Origin: Hyaloraphidium curvatum SAG 235-1
Taxonomy: Eukaryota > Fungi > Monoblepharomycota
Assembly (NCBI GenBank): GCA_025558095.1
Contig: JAIVFI010000052.1
Coordinates: 1 to 21,474 of the forward strand
Length of the DNA: 21,474 bases
Direction: 5' to 3'
Both the position numbers and the translations under genes were made by a program. Below are positions 19,067 through 21,474 of this stretch, in pieces (positions within the stretch are counted from its first letter, which is position 1; each line of letters begins with the position of its first letter). Below the pieces are notes generated by a model that saw only the letters and a program-made list of their open reading frames with translations, did no database searches and was not told the origin of the DNA.

Positions 19067-20885
19067 ATGGCCGCGGCCTCCAAGCTCGCCGTCGCGGCGG
19101 CGGCGACCGCCGGCGGGCTCCTCCTCTCGCTCGCCGCGGCGTACCGCGTGCTCCGCGCGGGCGCGTACTCGCCGTGGTCGCACGTCCTGCTCGGCACCCC
19201 CGCGCCGGAAAAGGCCTCGAAGCGCCTGCAGTCGGCCGCCAAGCCCGACGGCACCGTCGCCGTCGACATCGAGACGGAATTCTACAGCGTGACGGGCACC
19301 GTGGATGCCGCCTACACGGACGTGGTCGACGTGTTCTGCCGCAACGTCGCCGAGGGCCACGAGGTCGGAGCGTCGTTCTGCGTCTACGTTGGCGAGCGCC
19401 GCGTGGTGGATCTCGCGGGCGGGCAGAAGGTTGGCGGGCGCAAGTACGACCTGGACAGCTGTAGGTCGACCGACGGCCGATCGCGGTCCACTTTCTGATT
19501 GGGCCTCCCCCGCTACCGACCCTGATCCCCTGGTTGAACCGCGGTCCCGCCGGCCCACAGGCAACCAGGTGTTTAGCTCCGGCAAGGCCATCATGTCCGT
19601 CATCGTGGCCTACTGCGTCGGAAAGGGCTACCTCTCCTACGACGACCTGGTCACGAAGTACTGGCCCGAATTCGGCCAGGGCGGCAAGGAGCATGTGACT
19701 GTCAAGGAGATCCTGCAGCACCGCGCCGGCGTGGGCTGGCTCGACCCCGAGAACCGGCTCACGTACGAGGAGTGCTGGGACCTGGACGCCATCCGGCCCA
19801 AGCTGGAGCGGCAGAAGCACAACTTTGACGGCGTCAAGACCCAGAGCTAGTCAGTCCCTTCGGGGCCTTTTCGCTCCGCCGTTCTCACACGCGGCCGCAA
19901 CGTTACGTTACAGCCACGCCGTCACCCGCGGCTACTACATGAATGAGATCCTCCGCCGCGTGCACCCGCAGGGCTACACCGCGCGCGACATCATGTCCAA
20001 GGAGATCCTCCCCCTCCTCGTCGCCGACGCCGACCGCACCGGCCACCCCGTGCACATCTCCGTGCCCGAGGACCCCGCGGTTTTTGGTCACATCTGGGAC
20101 CTGGTCGCCTACCCCATCCCCCGCGTCGTGCTGCGCCTCTTCTACCCGCGGTTCGCCAACCCCGACCCCCTGCCGGAGCAGATCGTCCGCGGCATCCGCA
20201 ACCCCAACCCCATCGCCAACAAGTCCATGGCCGAGACCATGCCCACGTTCGCCGGCCCCGACCCCGTCACGGGCAAGCCGGTGGGCAAGGGGCTGGACTC
20301 GCAGAACTCATGGAACGTGCGGCGCGGGCAGCACACGAGCTTCGCGGTGGTCACCAACGCGCGGGCCATGGCGAGGCTGGGGGCGCTGATCGCCAACGGG
20401 GGCAAGCTGGAGGGGAGGGAGGTGATCCCCGCGGGGACGGTCGGGGTGGCGATGGAGGAGGACCCGTGGAGCGGGGAGGACAGGGTGCTGCGGTTCGAGG
20501 TGCCCTTCACGGTAGGGTCGCGCGCGGGCCTTCTCTTGATGAACGCGGCCTGACGTCGGGATCAGAACGGCGGTTGGGGGATCACCAAGGGCCGCCGCGT
20601 GCCCCAGACGCCCTCGGAGCAGCGCTGGATCGACCAGGGCACGGGCTGGAAATGGGTCGGCTGGGCGGGGTACGGCGGGTCGATGATGCAGTGGGAGCCG
20701 GAGAAGAAGATCGCGTTCGGATAGTGAGTGCTCGGCGCCGCGTTGGGATTTCGGGGACGGAAGCTGATTCGGACGACAGCGCGCCGTCGGCTTTGCAGAT
20801 CTCGCTGCTCGGGGACTTCAGGTCGGCGAGGCTGCTCGAGACCGCGCTGGACTGCTGGGAGGCGGCGGGAGGCAAGGCCGCGTGA
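19067..20885 (+). CDS. Serine beta-lactamase/transpeptidase-fold hydrolase (class C/esterase family VIII-like) with an N-terminal membrane anchor; exons 19067-19460, 19561-19849, 19914-20511, 20566-20723, 20780-20885
   Basis: EVGASFCVYVGERRVVDLAGG, the SxxK motif FSSGK, YWPEFGQGGKEHVTVKEILQHRAG, YHAVTRG, TNARAMARL and GWAGYGGS...IAFGY. Four GT-AG introns (19461-19560, 19850-19913, 20512-20565, 20724-20779) join these in frame. Confidence 0.9.
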
Positions 20886-21091
20886 AGATTCCCGATCGGA
20901 ATCGAGCTTCGGGCACAGCTGTGTGAAGCACCTGGAATGACAAAGCTGGACGTCCAATGCGTTTTTCGGTGTACATACGCTACGTTACCGCCGCTAAGAT
21001 CCAATTCGCAAAAGATGAGCAAGATTCCGTACGTCCAAATCTCAAAGCGTGCAGTCCGAAAGAGAACGAACCCCACGGGTTGCCACGTCCA

Positions 21092-21474
21092 TCAGCGGTT
21101 GACTTGGAGGTTCCCGTTACCCGTAGCGGAGTTGTAGCTGTTTGACCCCGCATGCCTGCACGAGACGGACCTCCGGCCCAAGGAATCCCACGAAGGATAC
21201 CTGTACCGGTAGTTGGCCACCCCCTGCCAGTTTGTGTTTGCCCGCCCGACCTCGCGCCCGTTGACCGAGAAGATGATCTGGATGTTGTTCGCGCCGCCGC
21301 CGTTGTCGGTGCGCGTGGCCCCGCAGGTCAGCGTGACCTGCTGGCCCCTCTTGACTGTGCGGTAGGTCACGGAGATGCGGAGGTTGACCTTGCGGGAGCA
21401 TCCACTGCGGGACGGCAGGCCCAGCTCCCCTCCTTGGCGGCGAGGTGCCACCCTGGCGGACTTGTAGTTGGTGC
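21092..21474 (-). CDS. 3' end of a gene encoding a bacterial-type Ig-like beta-sandwich domain; 5' part outside the window
   Basis: TVKRGQQVTLTC...GANNIQIIFSVNGREVGRANTNWQGVANYRY...SVSCRHAGSNSYNSATGNGNLQV* fits the Big-type Ig pattern (G..VTL...V.F..G..VG...T...G.A). The frame stays open to the window edge, where TNYKSA resembles the end of a preceding repeat. Confidence 0.6.
   Translation of the reverse strand, partial: TNYKSARVAPRRQGGELGLPSRSGCSRKVNLRISVTYRTVKRGQQVTLTCGATRTDNGGGANNIQIIFSVNGREVGRANTNWQGVANYRYRYPSWDSLGRRSVSCRHAGSNSYNSATGNGNLQVNR

Noticed and set aside
19067-20885. Bacterial antibiotic-resistance beta-lactamase or contamination
   Set aside because: The gene has four spliceosomal introns, and its motifs fit the broad esterase-like serine hydrolase family. 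Beta-lactam hydrolysis cannot be inferred.

Overview
GC-rich eukaryotic genomic DNA with compact genes and short GT-AG introns (50-100 bp, CTGAC/CTGAT-type branch sites). This style suggests a fungus or other microbial eukaryote, but the organism cannot be fixed from sequence alone. Contents from left to right: (1) a large minus-strand nuclear protein gene with a degenerate bromodomain-like segment and an AT-hook, running off the left edge; (2) a small membrane protein gene; (3) five dispersed members of an F-box/LRR-like family sharing a C-terminal MWRRITGG motif, all carrying frameshifts, stops or truncations; (4) a head-to-head pair of related small secreted Pro/Trp/acidic peptide genes; (5) an intronless GFA/CENP-V family gene; (6) a 4-exon gene encoding 4x MIB/HERC2 - helical W-motif repeat - ankyrin repeats - two tandem non-RD TKL-type kinase domains, with an in-frame TAG in kinase 2; (7) a divergent orphan ORF; (8) a 5-exon serine beta-lactamase-family (class C/esterase-like) hydrolase; (9) the 3' end of an Ig-like-domain gene. 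The most notable items are the Mind-bomb-like tandem kinase beside a fast-turnover F-box/LRR-like cluster (a candidate innate-immunity/non-self-recognition locus) and the secreted peptide pair. Several frameshifts fall in G/C homopolymers and may be assembly errors.
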